A stretch of 64,000 bases of DNA from an uncultured Kiritimatiellota bacterium (GCA_934635045.1 CAKTZA010000001.1:82640-146639); one strand, 5' to 3'. Counted from the stretch's first letter, positions 54,242 through 62,257 are shown. The notes: generated by a model from the letters alone, not told the origin. Translations and numbers: made by a program.

Positions 54242-55552
54242 TTAGAAGTTCCAGGCCAGCTCGACGCGGCCGAAGAGCGCCGCGTGGTCGGAGCCGTCCT
54301 TGAAGTAGTCGCCCTTCCCGAAATATTCGCCCTGGAAGGAAATCTTGCCGCCCTTGAGGAGGTCGGCGCCGAGCAGCTTCGCCGGGCTGACCGTGTACTT
54401 GACCTGCGCATACGTGCCGCGGAACGTGCCCGCGTCCTCCTCCTTCACGGCGGTGAACATCGGGCCGGCCTGCACCTTGACGGACGAGAACGAGCCGACG
54501 TTGCAGCCGAACGCGAGGTGCGGGTAGACGAGGTTCGTGTAGTCGTACTTGTTGTACATCGGCGCGAGCGATTCGCCGAGACCCGTCTCGCGGTTGAAGA
54601 CCGCGTGCCAGGCGTGTTCGCCGCGATCGCCGTCCTTGTCGCCGGAGAGGATCCAGCACGCGCCGGTGAACGTCGGCTTGCAGCCGACCTTGGGCGCGTA
54701 AGTGAGGCCGCCGTAGGCCTGACCCGCGAAGAGGTCATACGAGCCGGCCTGGCCCGCGAACTCGAACTCGCCGCTCAGCGTCTCGGTGAAGCGCGGCAGC
54801 AGGCGCACGCCGACCGTGTGGGTGTCGGCGCGCTCGCCTTCCTTGCGGTACTTCGAGTCGCGGTTGCGGATCTCGCTCTTCGCCACGTAGTAGGCGTCGT
54901 AGCCGAAGTCCGCGTTCGCGCGGTCCTGCCAGTAGAGGCCGGCGCCGAACTCGTCCTGCCAGTAGCCCGTCGTGTCATAGGCGTGGGGCTCCTTGCCGTT
55001 CTCGTGCTCCTTGCCCAAGGTCGGCATCCAGTCCTTCTTCGCCTGATAGAGGGCGAAGGCGTCGAGCGTCCGCTTCTCGCCCGCGTGCCACGTGAGGCGC
55101 ACCGCGTCGAAGTAGGCGGATCGCGAGCCGTCGCCGCCCGTGCCGTCCGAGAGGATGCGCTTCGCGCCGAAGGCCATGTCCTGACGGCCGATCTTCAGGT
55201 CAAGCGCGCCGTCGAAGAGGCGGTTCGCCGTGAAGTAGAGGTTGTCGATGAAGAGGACGTCCGGCCAGCGCTGCTTCGCGGAGTTCGACTCCGGGCGGTT
55301 GTAGTAGCGGAACTCGTCCGCGAGGCGCAGGAAGATGCCGCAGTCCGCGTACGCCGCGCGGATCCACGGACGGATCCGGACGCGGGCGTAGTTGGAGTCG
55401 CCCGACTCGCCGCGCTTGGCGTTCGGCAGGTTGTCCGTCACGTCGTAGCGCAGGCGCACGTCCGCGCCGGCCTTGACGGAGAGGTTCGTGCCGTCCGCGA
55501 CGGCCGCCGAAGCGGCCAGCGCGAACAGGGGGACGAGAGACAATCGGTTCAT
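54242..55552 (-). CDS. outer-membrane beta-barrel porin (alginate-export/AlgE-like family), adjacent to pstS
   Basis: Signal peptide MNRLSLVPLFALAASAAVA. ..LKIGRQDMAFGAKRIL..YFDAVRL.. pattern. Alternating beta-strand sequence ending ..VELAWNF. Confidence 0.65.
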   Translation of the reverse strand: MNRLSLVPLFALAASAAVADGTNLSVKAGADVRLRYDVTDNLPNAKRGESGDSNYARVRIRPWIRAAYADCGIFLRLADEFRYYNRPESNSAKQRWPDVLFIDNLYFTANRLFDGALDLKIGRQDMAFGAKRILSDGTGGDGSRSAYFDAVRLTWHAGEKRTLDAFALYQAKKDWMPTLGKEHENGKEPHAYDTTGYWQDEFGAGLYWQDRANADFGYDAYYVAKSEIRNRDSKYRKEGERADTHTVGVRLLPRFTETLSGEFEFAGQAGSYDLFAGQAYGGLTYAPKVGCKPTFTGACWILSGDKDGDRGEHAWHAVFNRETGLGESLAPMYNKYDYTNLVYPHLAFGCNVGSFSSVKVQAGPMFTAVKEEDAGTFRGTYAQVKYTVSPAKLLGADLLKGGKISFQGEYFGKGDYFKDGSDHAALFGRVELAWNF

Positions 55553-55586
55553 TGTTTCGTTCCTTTTGGTGGTGTTTCAGGTGACG

Positions 55587-56477
55587 TTAGCGTGCGACGG
55601 GGAGGTAGTGGAGCTTCTTCGCGGTCTCGCCGCCGTTCGCGAAGCACCAGTCGAAGTAGGCCTGAAGCGCGGCCTTCTTCTCCGCCGGCGTGTCGTTGCG
55701 CGTCAGGATGTAGGTCTTGCCGAGGATCGGCCAGTCGGCGGCGTCCGGCGCGGCGGTCTTGCCGTTGACGGCGAGGTGCGCGACGCTCAGCTTCGACTCC
55801 AGCGCGAAGGTGTATTCGGTGTAGCCGATCGCGCCCTTGATGCGCCGCACGTTGTTGCAGACGCCGGGGTTCTTCTGTCCGGCGATGCCGCACGGCCACT
55901 TCAGCTGGGTCGCCGCGCCGAAGCGCTCCTTCCACTCGGGCGAAACCGTCGAGAGGTAGGTCGTGAAGATGTGGGTCGTGCCCGAGCCGTCGCCGCGGTG
56001 GACGACCGTGATCTTCAGGTTCGGCAGGGCGAGGCCGGGATTGAGCGCCGCGATCTTCGCATCGTTCCAGCGCGTGATCTTGCCGAGGTAGATGTCGGCG
56101 AGAGTCGCGCCGTCCAGCGTGAGCGCGCCGCTCGCGACGCCCGGCAGGTTCACGGCCGGGACGACGGCGCCGGAGACCATGTGGAACTGCGCGAGCCCGG
56201 CTTCCTTGCAGGCGTCGGCGGTGAGCGGCGCGTCCGTGCCCGCGAAGTCGACCGTGCCCGCCTTGATCTGGCTGATGCCGGCGGACGAGCCGACGGACTG
56301 GTAGTTGACCTTCGCGCCGAGGCCGCTCTGCGTGTAGGCGTAGCTCCAGGCCTGATAGAGCGGAGCCGGGAAGCTGCCGCCGGCGCCGTTGAGTTCGAGG
56401 CGGTCGGCCGCAAACGCCGCCGAGGCCGCGCAGACCGCGCTCAGCGCGGCAAGAGTTGATTTCGTCTTCGTGTTCAT
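55587..56477 (-). CDS. pstS: phosphate ABC transporter substrate-binding protein PstS
   Basis: Signal peptide MNTKTKSTLAALSAVCAASAAFA. ..NGAGGSFPAPLY.. and ..YQSVGSSAGI..GTVDFAGTDAP... Start at the ATG at 56477 with an AAAGGAG SD. Confidence 0.9.
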   Translation of the reverse strand: MNTKTKSTLAALSAVCAASAAFAADRLELNGAGGSFPAPLYQAWSYAYTQSGLGAKVNYQSVGSSAGISQIKAGTVDFAGTDAPLTADACKEAGLAQFHMVSGAVVPAVNLPGVASGALTLDGATLADIYLGKITRWNDAKIAALNPGLALPNLKITVVHRGDGSGTTHIFTTYLSTVSPEWKERFGAATQLKWPCGIAGQKNPGVCNNVRRIKGAIGYTEYTFALESKLSVAHLAVNGKTAAPDAADWPILGKTYILTRNDTPAEKKAALQAYFDWCFANGGETAKKLHYLPVAR

Positions 56478-56551
56478 TTTCTTTTCTCCTTTTTTCTTTG
56501 TTGCCTCGCCGGAATTGGCAGGCGTTTTCCTTTTTCTTGTCTGTGCCGCGT

Positions 56552-56596
56552 AGTATGGAATTTCTTTGTTAGGTGCAAATAAGGTCTTCATGAAAA
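56552..56596 (-). promoter_or_regulatory. Pho-box-type promoter of pstS
   Basis: The minus strand reads TTCATGAAGACCTTATTTGCACCTAACAAAGAAATTCCATACT. A 26-nt stretch is identical to the pstC promoter. Confidence 0.55.
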
Positions 56597-56656
56597 TTGC
56601 GTTAAATCTGTTTCGATGAGATAATCAAACTCCGATCCGTATGTCGGAGTTTGAGT

Positions 56657-56905
56657 TTTAACCTAAATGCGGCAGTTGAAGTTCACCCGAATCTTTATAA
56701 GCGCACACGGAGGCACGGAGACACGGAGTTTCTTCAAGATATCACACTCCGTGGCGCAACACGCGCTTTCACCCGTTGGGTGAACAGACAGACCACAGAC
56801 GAGATGTGTTAGTTGCTAAAATCGACTTGAAATCCACGCATCTCTCCGTGTCTCCGTGCCTCCGTGTGAGACATTCGTTTCTCAACTGCTTTTTTAGGTT
56901 TAACG
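56657..56905. repeat. MITE-like element with ~70-bp imperfect terminal inverted repeats
   Basis: 25-bp perfect inverted repeat cacacggaggcacggagacacggag (56704-56728) / ctccgtgtctccgtgcctccgtgtg (56844-56868). Outer pairs are gcagttga/tcaactgc and aacctaaa/tttaggtt. There is an internal hairpin TTCACCC-gtt-GGGTGAA. Confidence 0.55.
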
Positions 56906-56908
56906 AAA

Positions 56909-56953
56909 TCCTCACAAAGACCTTATTTGCACCTAACAAAGAAAACGCATACT
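56909..56953 (+). promoter_or_regulatory. Pho-box-type promoter of pstCA (leaderless)
   Basis: TCCTCACAAAGACCTTATTTGCACCTAACAAAGAAAACGCATACT. The -10 (CATACT) ends 8 nt before the ATG at 56962. Confidence 0.55.
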
Positions 56954-56961
56954 GTGCGGCG

Positions 56962-57819
56962 ATGAAAACGAAAGTCGATACCATGTTCAAGTCCGTCTGC
57001 TTTGTCGGCGCGGCCTTGGGGCTTGTCCTCGCCGTCGCGCTCGTGTGCGAACTGGGGTTCGCCTCGTCCGGCATCTGGCGCGCGGAGGGCCTCAAGTTCC
57101 TCTTCTCGTCGAACTGGGATCCGGGCGCCGGCGCGTTCGGCGCGGCCGGGGCCGTCGTCGGCACGCTCGCGACGACCGCGCTCGCGCTCCTGCTCGCCGT
57201 GCCGCTCGCCTTCGCCGCCGCGCTCTTCGTGAACGACGCGCCGCCGTGGGCGGCGAAGCCCCTCGCGCACGCGCTCGACCTGCTTGCGGCGATTCCGAGC
57301 GTCATCTACGGCATGTGGGGGCTGTTCGTCCTCTGTCCGCTCCTTCAGGACGCCCTCGCGCGGCTCGGCGTCGAGACGACGGGCTTCGGGCTCCTGCCGG
57401 CGGCGCTCGTCCTGACCTTGATGGTGCTGCCCTACATCTCCGCCGTCATGCGCGACGTGCTCGCGCAGGCGCCCGTCGCCCTCGTCGAAGCGGCGCGGGG
57501 CATCGGCTGCACGCGCTGGGAGGCCACCTGGCACGTCGTCGTGCGCGCCCAGCGGCGCGGCCTCGTCGGCGGCATCCTCATCGGCCTCGGACGCGCCCTC
57601 GGCGAGACGATGGCCGTCCTCTTCGTCTGCGGCGGCGTGACGGAGATCCCGACGGGGCTCTTCGAGGGCTGCACGACGATCGCCGCCACGCTCGCGAACG
57701 ACTTCGCCGAAGCGGACGGCCTCCACAAGAGCGCGCTCTTCGGGCTCGGCGCGATCCTGCTCGTGCTGGAGTTCGGCATTCAAATCATCACCCAGAGCCT
57801 GGTCAAGAACAAGGCCTAA
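56962..57819 (+). CDS. pstC: phosphate ABC transporter permease PstC
   Basis: 285 aa with ..GAFGAAGAVVGTL.. and ..EAARGIGCTRWEATWHVVV.. (EAA loop). Confidence 0.9.
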   Translation: MKTKVDTMFKSVCFVGAALGLVLAVALVCELGFASSGIWRAEGLKFLFSSNWDPGAGAFGAAGAVVGTLATTALALLLAVPLAFAAALFVNDAPPWAAKPLAHALDLLAAIPSVIYGMWGLFVLCPLLQDALARLGVETTGFGLLPAALVLTLMVLPYISAVMRDVLAQAPVALVEAARGIGCTRWEATWHVVVRAQRRGLVGGILIGLGRALGETMAVLFVCGGVTEIPTGLFEGCTTIAATLANDFAEADGLHKSALFGLGAILLVLEFGIQIITQSLVKNKA

Positions 57820-57855
57820 ATTCAAAACCGACAACAAACGACAGAAGGAGCTTTC

Positions 57856-58704
57856 ATGACGACACGACCCGCGACGTTCCGAAAGGCGACCGACTGCGCG
57901 ATGCGCGGCTTCTCCGCGTGCGCGACGGCGCTTGCGCTCGGCCTCATGGCCTGGATCCTCTACGTGCTCGTGCGCGAGGGCGCGCCCGCCCTCTCGTGCG
58001 AACTGTTGACGCACGTCTCAAAGCCCTACGGCGAAGCGGACGGCGGCATTGCGAATGCGCTGCTCGGCACGGCGCTCATCACGGGCGGCGCGGCGATTCT
58101 CGCGATTCCGCCCGCCCTCGCCGCCGGCATCTACCTCGCCGAGTTCGGGCGCGAGGGGCGTTTCGCGGCATTCGTCCGCTTCACGGTAAACGCGCTGATG
58201 GGCGTGCCGAGCGTCATCGTCGGCCTCTTCGTCTACGGCATTCTCGTCGCGACGACCGGCCACTTCTCGGGGTTCGCCGGCTCGGTCGCGCTCGCGATCC
58301 TCATGTTCCCGGTCGTCGTGCGCACGGCCGAAGACCAGCTCGCAGGCGTGCCCGACACGCTGCGCGAATCGGGGCTCGCGCTCGGCGCGACGCGCGCGCG
58401 CGTCACGCTCGGCCTCGTCTGCCGCGCGGCGAAGGGCGGGCTGCTGACGGGCATTCTGCTCGCCGTCGCGCGCGTCTCGGGCGAGACGGCCCCGCTGCTC
58501 TTCACCGCGCTCTACGCCGACGCCTGGCCGACAAACTACTTCTCGGGGCCGACGGCGTCCGCGCCCGTCTTCATCACGAACGCCACGATGGACTCGCCGT
58601 TCGAGGCGATGCACCGCGTCGGCTGGGGCGCGGCGCTCGTCGTCGCGGGCGCGATTCTCGCGCTGAACATCATCGTTCGCGCCCTCGCCCAGCGCCGCCG
58701 CTGA
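57856..58704 (+). CDS. pstA: phosphate ABC transporter permease PstA
   Basis: 282 aa with ..GGIANALLGT.. and ..ESGLALGATRARVTLGLV.. (EAA loop). Confidence 0.9.
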   Translation: MTTRPATFRKATDCAMRGFSACATALALGLMAWILYVLVREGAPALSCELLTHVSKPYGEADGGIANALLGTALITGGAAILAIPPALAAGIYLAEFGREGRFAAFVRFTVNALMGVPSVIVGLFVYGILVATTGHFSGFAGSVALAILMFPVVVRTAEDQLAGVPDTLRESGLALGATRARVTLGLVCRAAKGGLLTGILLAVARVSGETAPLLFTALYADAWPTNYFSGPTASAPVFITNATMDSPFEAMHRVGWGAALVVAGAILALNIIVRALAQRRR

Positions 58705-58707
58705 AGA

Positions 58708-58833
58708 AAGGTTCTCGGCCTTGCGGCGAGAACCGCAGGACGGCCGCGATAGCCGAAGCCCGCCGCGCCGCCGAAGGAAGGTTCTCGGCCTCGCGGCGAG
58801 AACCGCAGGACGGCCGCGATAGCCAAAGCCCGC
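58708..58833. repeat. tandem duplication of a 56-bp hairpin-containing unit (period 70 bp)
   Basis: 58708-58763 and 58778-58833 differ at 2 positions. Each contains GGTTCTCG-gcct(t/c)gcgg-CGAGAACC. Confidence 0.85.
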
Positions 58834-58899
58834 GCCGACCTGCCCGCCGATTGCCGTCCTGACGCGACGCCGCGAGGCCGTCGCGCCATTCTAACCAAA

Positions 58900-58944
58900 T
58901 CTTCACAAACCCCTTATCAGCCCCTAACAAAGAAAGCGCATACT
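58900..58944 (+). promoter_or_regulatory. Pho-box-type internal promoter of pstB-phoU (leaderless)
   Basis: TCTTCACAAACCCCTTATCAGCCCCTAACAAAGAAAGCGCATACT is ~80% identical to the pstC promoter over ~68 nt. The -10 ends 8 nt before the ATG at 58953. Confidence 0.55.
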
Positions 58945-58952
58945 ACCCGACG

Positions 58953-59714
58953 ATGAAACCGAACTACAAGATCGTCACGAAGAACCTCAACTTCTTTTAC
59001 GGCGAACACCAGGCGCTGTTCGACAACGACCTCGCCATCGAGGCGAACAAGATCACCGCCATCATCGGCCCGTCGGGCTGCGGCAAGTCGACCCACCTGC
59101 GCATCTACAACCGCATCTACGAGCTCCATCGCGGCCAGCGGGCGGAAGGCGAAGTGCTGCTCGACGGCCAGAACATCCTCGCGCCCGACGTCGACCGCCT
59201 CGACCTGCGGCGGCGCATCGGCATGATCTTCCAGAAGCCGACGCCGTTCCCGATGAGCGTCTTCGACAACGTCGCCTACCCGCTCAAGCTTCATTTCAAG
59301 ATGAACCGCCGCGAAATCGCCCATCGCGTCGAGGAGGCCCTGCGCGGCGCGGCGCTCTGGGACGAAGTCAAGGACAAGCTCGACGAGCCCGGCACGGCCC
59401 TCTCGGGCGGACAGCAGCAACGGCTCTGCATCGCCCGCGCCCTCGCCGCCGAGCCGGAAGTCCTGCTCATGGACGAGCCGACGAGCGCGATCGACCCCGT
59501 CGGCACGCTGAAGATCGAAGAGCTGATGGCGCGTCTGCGCAACCGCTTCACGATCGTCATCGTCACGCACAACATGCAGCAGGCCTCGCGCATTTCGGAC
59601 GTCACCGCCTTCTTCTACAAGGGCCGCATCGTCGAGGTCGGCCCGACCAAGGAAATCTTCACTAACCCCAAGAACAAGCAAACGGAAGACTACGTCTCCG
59701 GGAGATTCGGCTAA
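58953..59714 (+). CDS. pstB: phosphate ABC transporter ATP-binding protein PstB
   Basis: Walker [10 protein letters not shown], signature [14 protein letters not shown], Walker [13 protein letters not shown]. Confidence 0.95.
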   Translation: MKPNYKIVTKNLNFFYGEHQALFDNDLAIEANKITAIIGPSGCGKSTHLRIYNRIYELHRGQRAEGEVLLDGQNILAPDVDRLDLRRRIGMIFQKPTPFPMSVFDNVAYPLKLHFKMNRREIAHRVEEALRGAALWDEVKDKLDEPGTALSGGQQQRLCIARALAAEPEVLLMDEPTSAIDPVGTLKIEELMARLRNRFTIVIVTHNMQQASRISDVTAFFYKGRIVEVGPTKEIFTNPKNKQTEDYVSGRFG

Positions 59715-59715
59715 C

Positions 59716-60099
59716 ATGACCATGAAAGTACACTTCGAAGAGGCCCTCGCGGCCCTCAAGAACGACCTGCGGGAAAACGCGGAACGCGCCGAGGCCGCCG
59801 TCAAGGCGGCTCTCCGCGCCCTGGAGCGCGAGGACGCGGCCCTCGCCGACGCCGTCATCGACGGCGACACGGCCATCGACCTCGCCGAGAACGCCATCGA
59901 GGAGAAGTGCCTCGACATTCTCGCGCTCTACCAGCCCGTCGCGACCGACCTCCGGCGCGTCGTCACCATCCTCAAGACGAATGGGCAAATCGAGCGGCTC
60001 GGCGACCTCGCGACCAACATCGCCGAGGACGTCATCTACCTGAAGCGCGCCGAGATCGTGCGGCACGAGCTGCCGAAGGCTCCGCACACGCCCGCCTGA
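59716..60099 (+). CDS. phoU: PhoU-family protein, half-length (single PhoU repeat, 127 aa)
   Basis: ..AVIDGDTAIDLAENAIEEKCLDILALYQPVATDLRRVVTILKTNGQIERLGDLATNIAE.. is one PhoU repeat. The reading frame ends at 60099 and the next gene converges. Confidence 0.75.
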   Translation: MTMKVHFEEALAALKNDLRENAERAEAAVKAALRALEREDAALADAVIDGDTAIDLAENAIEEKCLDILALYQPVATDLRRVVTILKTNGQIERLGDLATNIAEDVIYLKRAEIVRHELPKAPHTPA

Positions 60100-60118
60100 C
60101 GAGCGCGTTGGCGCGCCG

Positions 60119-60490
60119 CTACAAGGTCGCGACGAAGCGCGCGACGGCGGCGGCCACGCCCGCCTCGTCCATCGCGTCGACGTCGCCAAGCCCACCGAGA
60201 AACAGCGTGAACGACCGCCACGAGGCGTCAAGCCACGCGGTGATTTCGGCTTCGCACGTCTTGTCGGGATCGTAGCGCACGAGCAGGTTCCCCGTCACGA
60301 GGCAAAGTTCGGCATCCGTCACGCCCGGACGCTTCAGGACGCAGTCGCGGAAGATCCCCGCGAACTTCGCCGCAAGTTCGGGATACTGGCGTACGCCGCC
60401 GATCGCGACGCGGACGCGCCCCGGCAGCGAATGCACGATGCGGATGCCGCCGACGCATTTCAGATAGGCCTGAATGAACGGATTCATCAT
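60119..60490 (-). CDS. HMA_2-like small protein (paralog B)
   Basis: 123 aa. The N-terminal IVHSLPGRVRVAI..L..A..F... pattern is shared with the upstream gene. Confidence 0.6.
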   Translation of the reverse strand: MMNPFIQAYLKCVGGIRIVHSLPGRVRVAIGGVRQYPELAAKFAGIFRDCVLKRPGVTDAELCLVTGNLLVRYDPDKTCEAEITAWLDASWRSFTLFLGGLGDVDAMDEAGVAAAVARFVATL

Positions 60491-60493
60491 CGT

Positions 60494-60997
60494 TCAGTCT
60501 CCCGTGCGCGAAAGGGAGCGATGCAGCCACCAGAGCACCGCGAGCGGCGAGAACTTCGGGCCGCCGCGCCCCGTGATGCCGCGCACGAACGTGACGATCA
60601 GCAGCACCGTCATCAGCGCGGGGATGTCAAGGACGCCGCCCGAACGGCGCAGCACCGCCTGGTTGAGCGCATAGTGAATGGCGTTCAGCTCGCCGCCCAC
60701 AAGCGAGCGGTGGCTGCGGAACGCCGTCTCGAAGTCGAAGCCGTGCGTCGCGGCGGCCACCACGAGCGACGGCGTGAGCTTCGCCGCGTCATAGCGAACG
60801 AGCGTCGTGCCGAGGGTCGGGTTCACCGAGACCGCCGAAATGCCGTCGAGCCGCTTCAGGCTCGCGGCGAACTCCGCCATCGCCCGCGCCCGCTGCGCGA
60901 GAGACGGAATCCTCAGCCTCAGCCGACCGGGCAGCGCATGCACGACCTCCAGCACGCCCGTGAACGAGACGATTTGCTTTACTGCGTTTTTCATCAT
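60494..60997 (-). CDS. HMA_2-like small protein with C-terminal TM segment (paralog A)
   Basis: 167 aa. VVHALPGRLRLRIPSL..A..F.ASLKRLDGISAVSVNPTLGTTLVRYD. Later DIPALMTVLLIVTFVRGI is hydrophobic. Confidence 0.6.
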   Translation of the reverse strand: MMKNAVKQIVSFTGVLEVVHALPGRLRLRIPSLAQRARAMAEFAASLKRLDGISAVSVNPTLGTTLVRYDAAKLTPSLVVAAATHGFDFETAFRSHRSLVGGELNAIHYALNQAVLRRSGGVLDIPALMTVLLIVTFVRGITGRGGPKFSPLAVLWWLHRSLSRTGD

Positions 60998-61004
60998 GTC
61001 AGAT

Positions 61005-61035
61005 AGTTTATCATGCTGTACTTTGCCGCGTCAAG
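61005..61035 (-). promoter_or_regulatory. promoter TTGACG-19-TGATAAACT, leaderless
   Basis: The minus strand has TTGACG (61030-61035) and TGATAAACT (61005-61013). The ATG at 60997 is 7 nt after the -10. The promoter overlaps the rsmB stop. Confidence 0.45.
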
Positions 61036-62257
61036 GACGAACCGCCCCTTCTGCGGCTTCAGGTCTCGCGGAACCGTCCTGCCGGACGAGCGCGGCGGCG
61101 AAAGCCCCGTCGTGTCCCGTCTCGAACGGCACGGACTCCGACGTCTCACGCAACGTGAAGTCGGGGTGGCGCGCGAGGAACGCCTCGACCTGTTCGCCGT
61201 TTTCCTCCGGCTCGTTCGAGCACGTCGAATAGACGAGCGTGCCGCCCAGCGCGACATGCGCCGCCGCCGCGTCGAGGATCTCCGCCTGAAGACTCACGAG
61301 CTCGGCGAGCTTCGCCTCGCTCCAGTTCCACCGCGCATCGGGCCGCCGCCGGAAGACCCCCGTGTTGGAGCACGGCGCATCGACGAGAACCTTGGGGAAA
61401 TGATCGAATGGTCGAATCGTCGAATAATCGAATGTCTGAGAATTGAGCCGCTTGTCCCTCACGTCACGCAAGTCCCCAACGACTTTCACGTCCGCGAGCT
61501 TCAGCCGCCGCAGGTTCTCCTCCAGCCGCGCGCGGCGGCGCGGGTTGATCTCGCACGCCGTCACGTCCGCCCCGCGCCACGCGAGCTGGACGGTCTTGCC
61601 GCCCGGCGCCGCGCAGGCGTCGAGGATGCGTTCGCCCGGCTGCGGATCGAGCAGCGCGACCGCGAGGTGCGTGCCCGGATCCTGCACGATGAAGTCGCCC
61701 GTCGCAAAGCCGGGCACGTCGGACACCTTCTGTCCGCGTTCGAGCTGCGTGAACGTGCCGTCCTTGCGCGCAAGGTAGGTGACGGCCGGCGCGTTGTGCC
61801 ACGCGGCGAGCCGTTCGGCGTTCGCCGCGCCGAACCGCGCCGTCCAGCGGCGCACGAGCGCCGTGGGGAACGTCTCCAGCTCCGTGCCGAGCGAGACGGA
61901 TGCGCGCTGGCGGATGAGATTGCGCAGAACGCCGTTGACGACGCGCGCAATGGACGGGTTCTCGCACGCCTTCGCCGCGCTGACCGTCTCGTTGACCGCC
62001 GCGAAGTCGGGCACGTCGTCCATGTAGAGAACCTGCGCCGCGCCGACGTAGAGCAGGGCCTCCAGCTCGCCCTTCGGCCACTGCTTCACGAACGCGCCGA
62101 GGATGTGCCGCAGGGGGCGCAGCCGCCGGATCACCGTGTAGACGAGATCCTGCACGAACGCGCGATCCGGCCCATCGGGCAGGAGGTTCGCGGGGAACTC
62201 CTTCGTGAGCAGCCAGCGGGCGACGACGAACGCCGCCGTGCGACGCGCGTTCGTCAC
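61031..62257 (-). CDS. rsmB: 16S rRNA (cytosine-C5)-methyltransferase RsmB/Sun family
   Basis: NusB-like N-terminus and SAM MTase core (ILDACAAPGGKT .. VLVDAPCSNTGVFRRRPDARW .. LVYSTCS). GTG start at 62257 overlaps the upstream stop (GTGA). Confidence 0.85.
   Translation of the reverse strand: MTNARRTAAFVVARWLLTKEFPANLLPDGPDRAFVQDLVYTVIRRLRPLRHILGAFVKQWPKGELEALLYVGAAQVLYMDDVPDFAAVNETVSAAKACENPSIARVVNGVLRNLIRQRASVSLGTELETFPTALVRRWTARFGAANAERLAAWHNAPAVTYLARKDGTFTQLERGQKVSDVPGFATGDFIVQDPGTHLAVALLDPQPGERILDACAAPGGKTVQLAWRGADVTACEINPRRRARLEENLRRLKLADVKVVGDLRDVRDKRLNSQTFDYSTIRPFDHFPKVLVDAPCSNTGVFRRRPDARWNWSEAKLAELVSLQAEILDAAAAHVALGGTLVYSTCSNEPEENGEQVEAFLARHPDFTLRETSESVPFETGHDGAFAAALVRQDGSARPEAAEGAVRP
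61394..61434. repeat. octamer-array element embedded in the rsmB coding sequence
   Basis: The plus strand reads GGGGAAATGATCGAATGGTCGAATCGTCGAATAATCGAAT, which is 37/40 identical to the reverse complement of 47488-47527. In rsmB it encodes ..FDYSTIRPFDHFP.. Confidence 0.85.
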
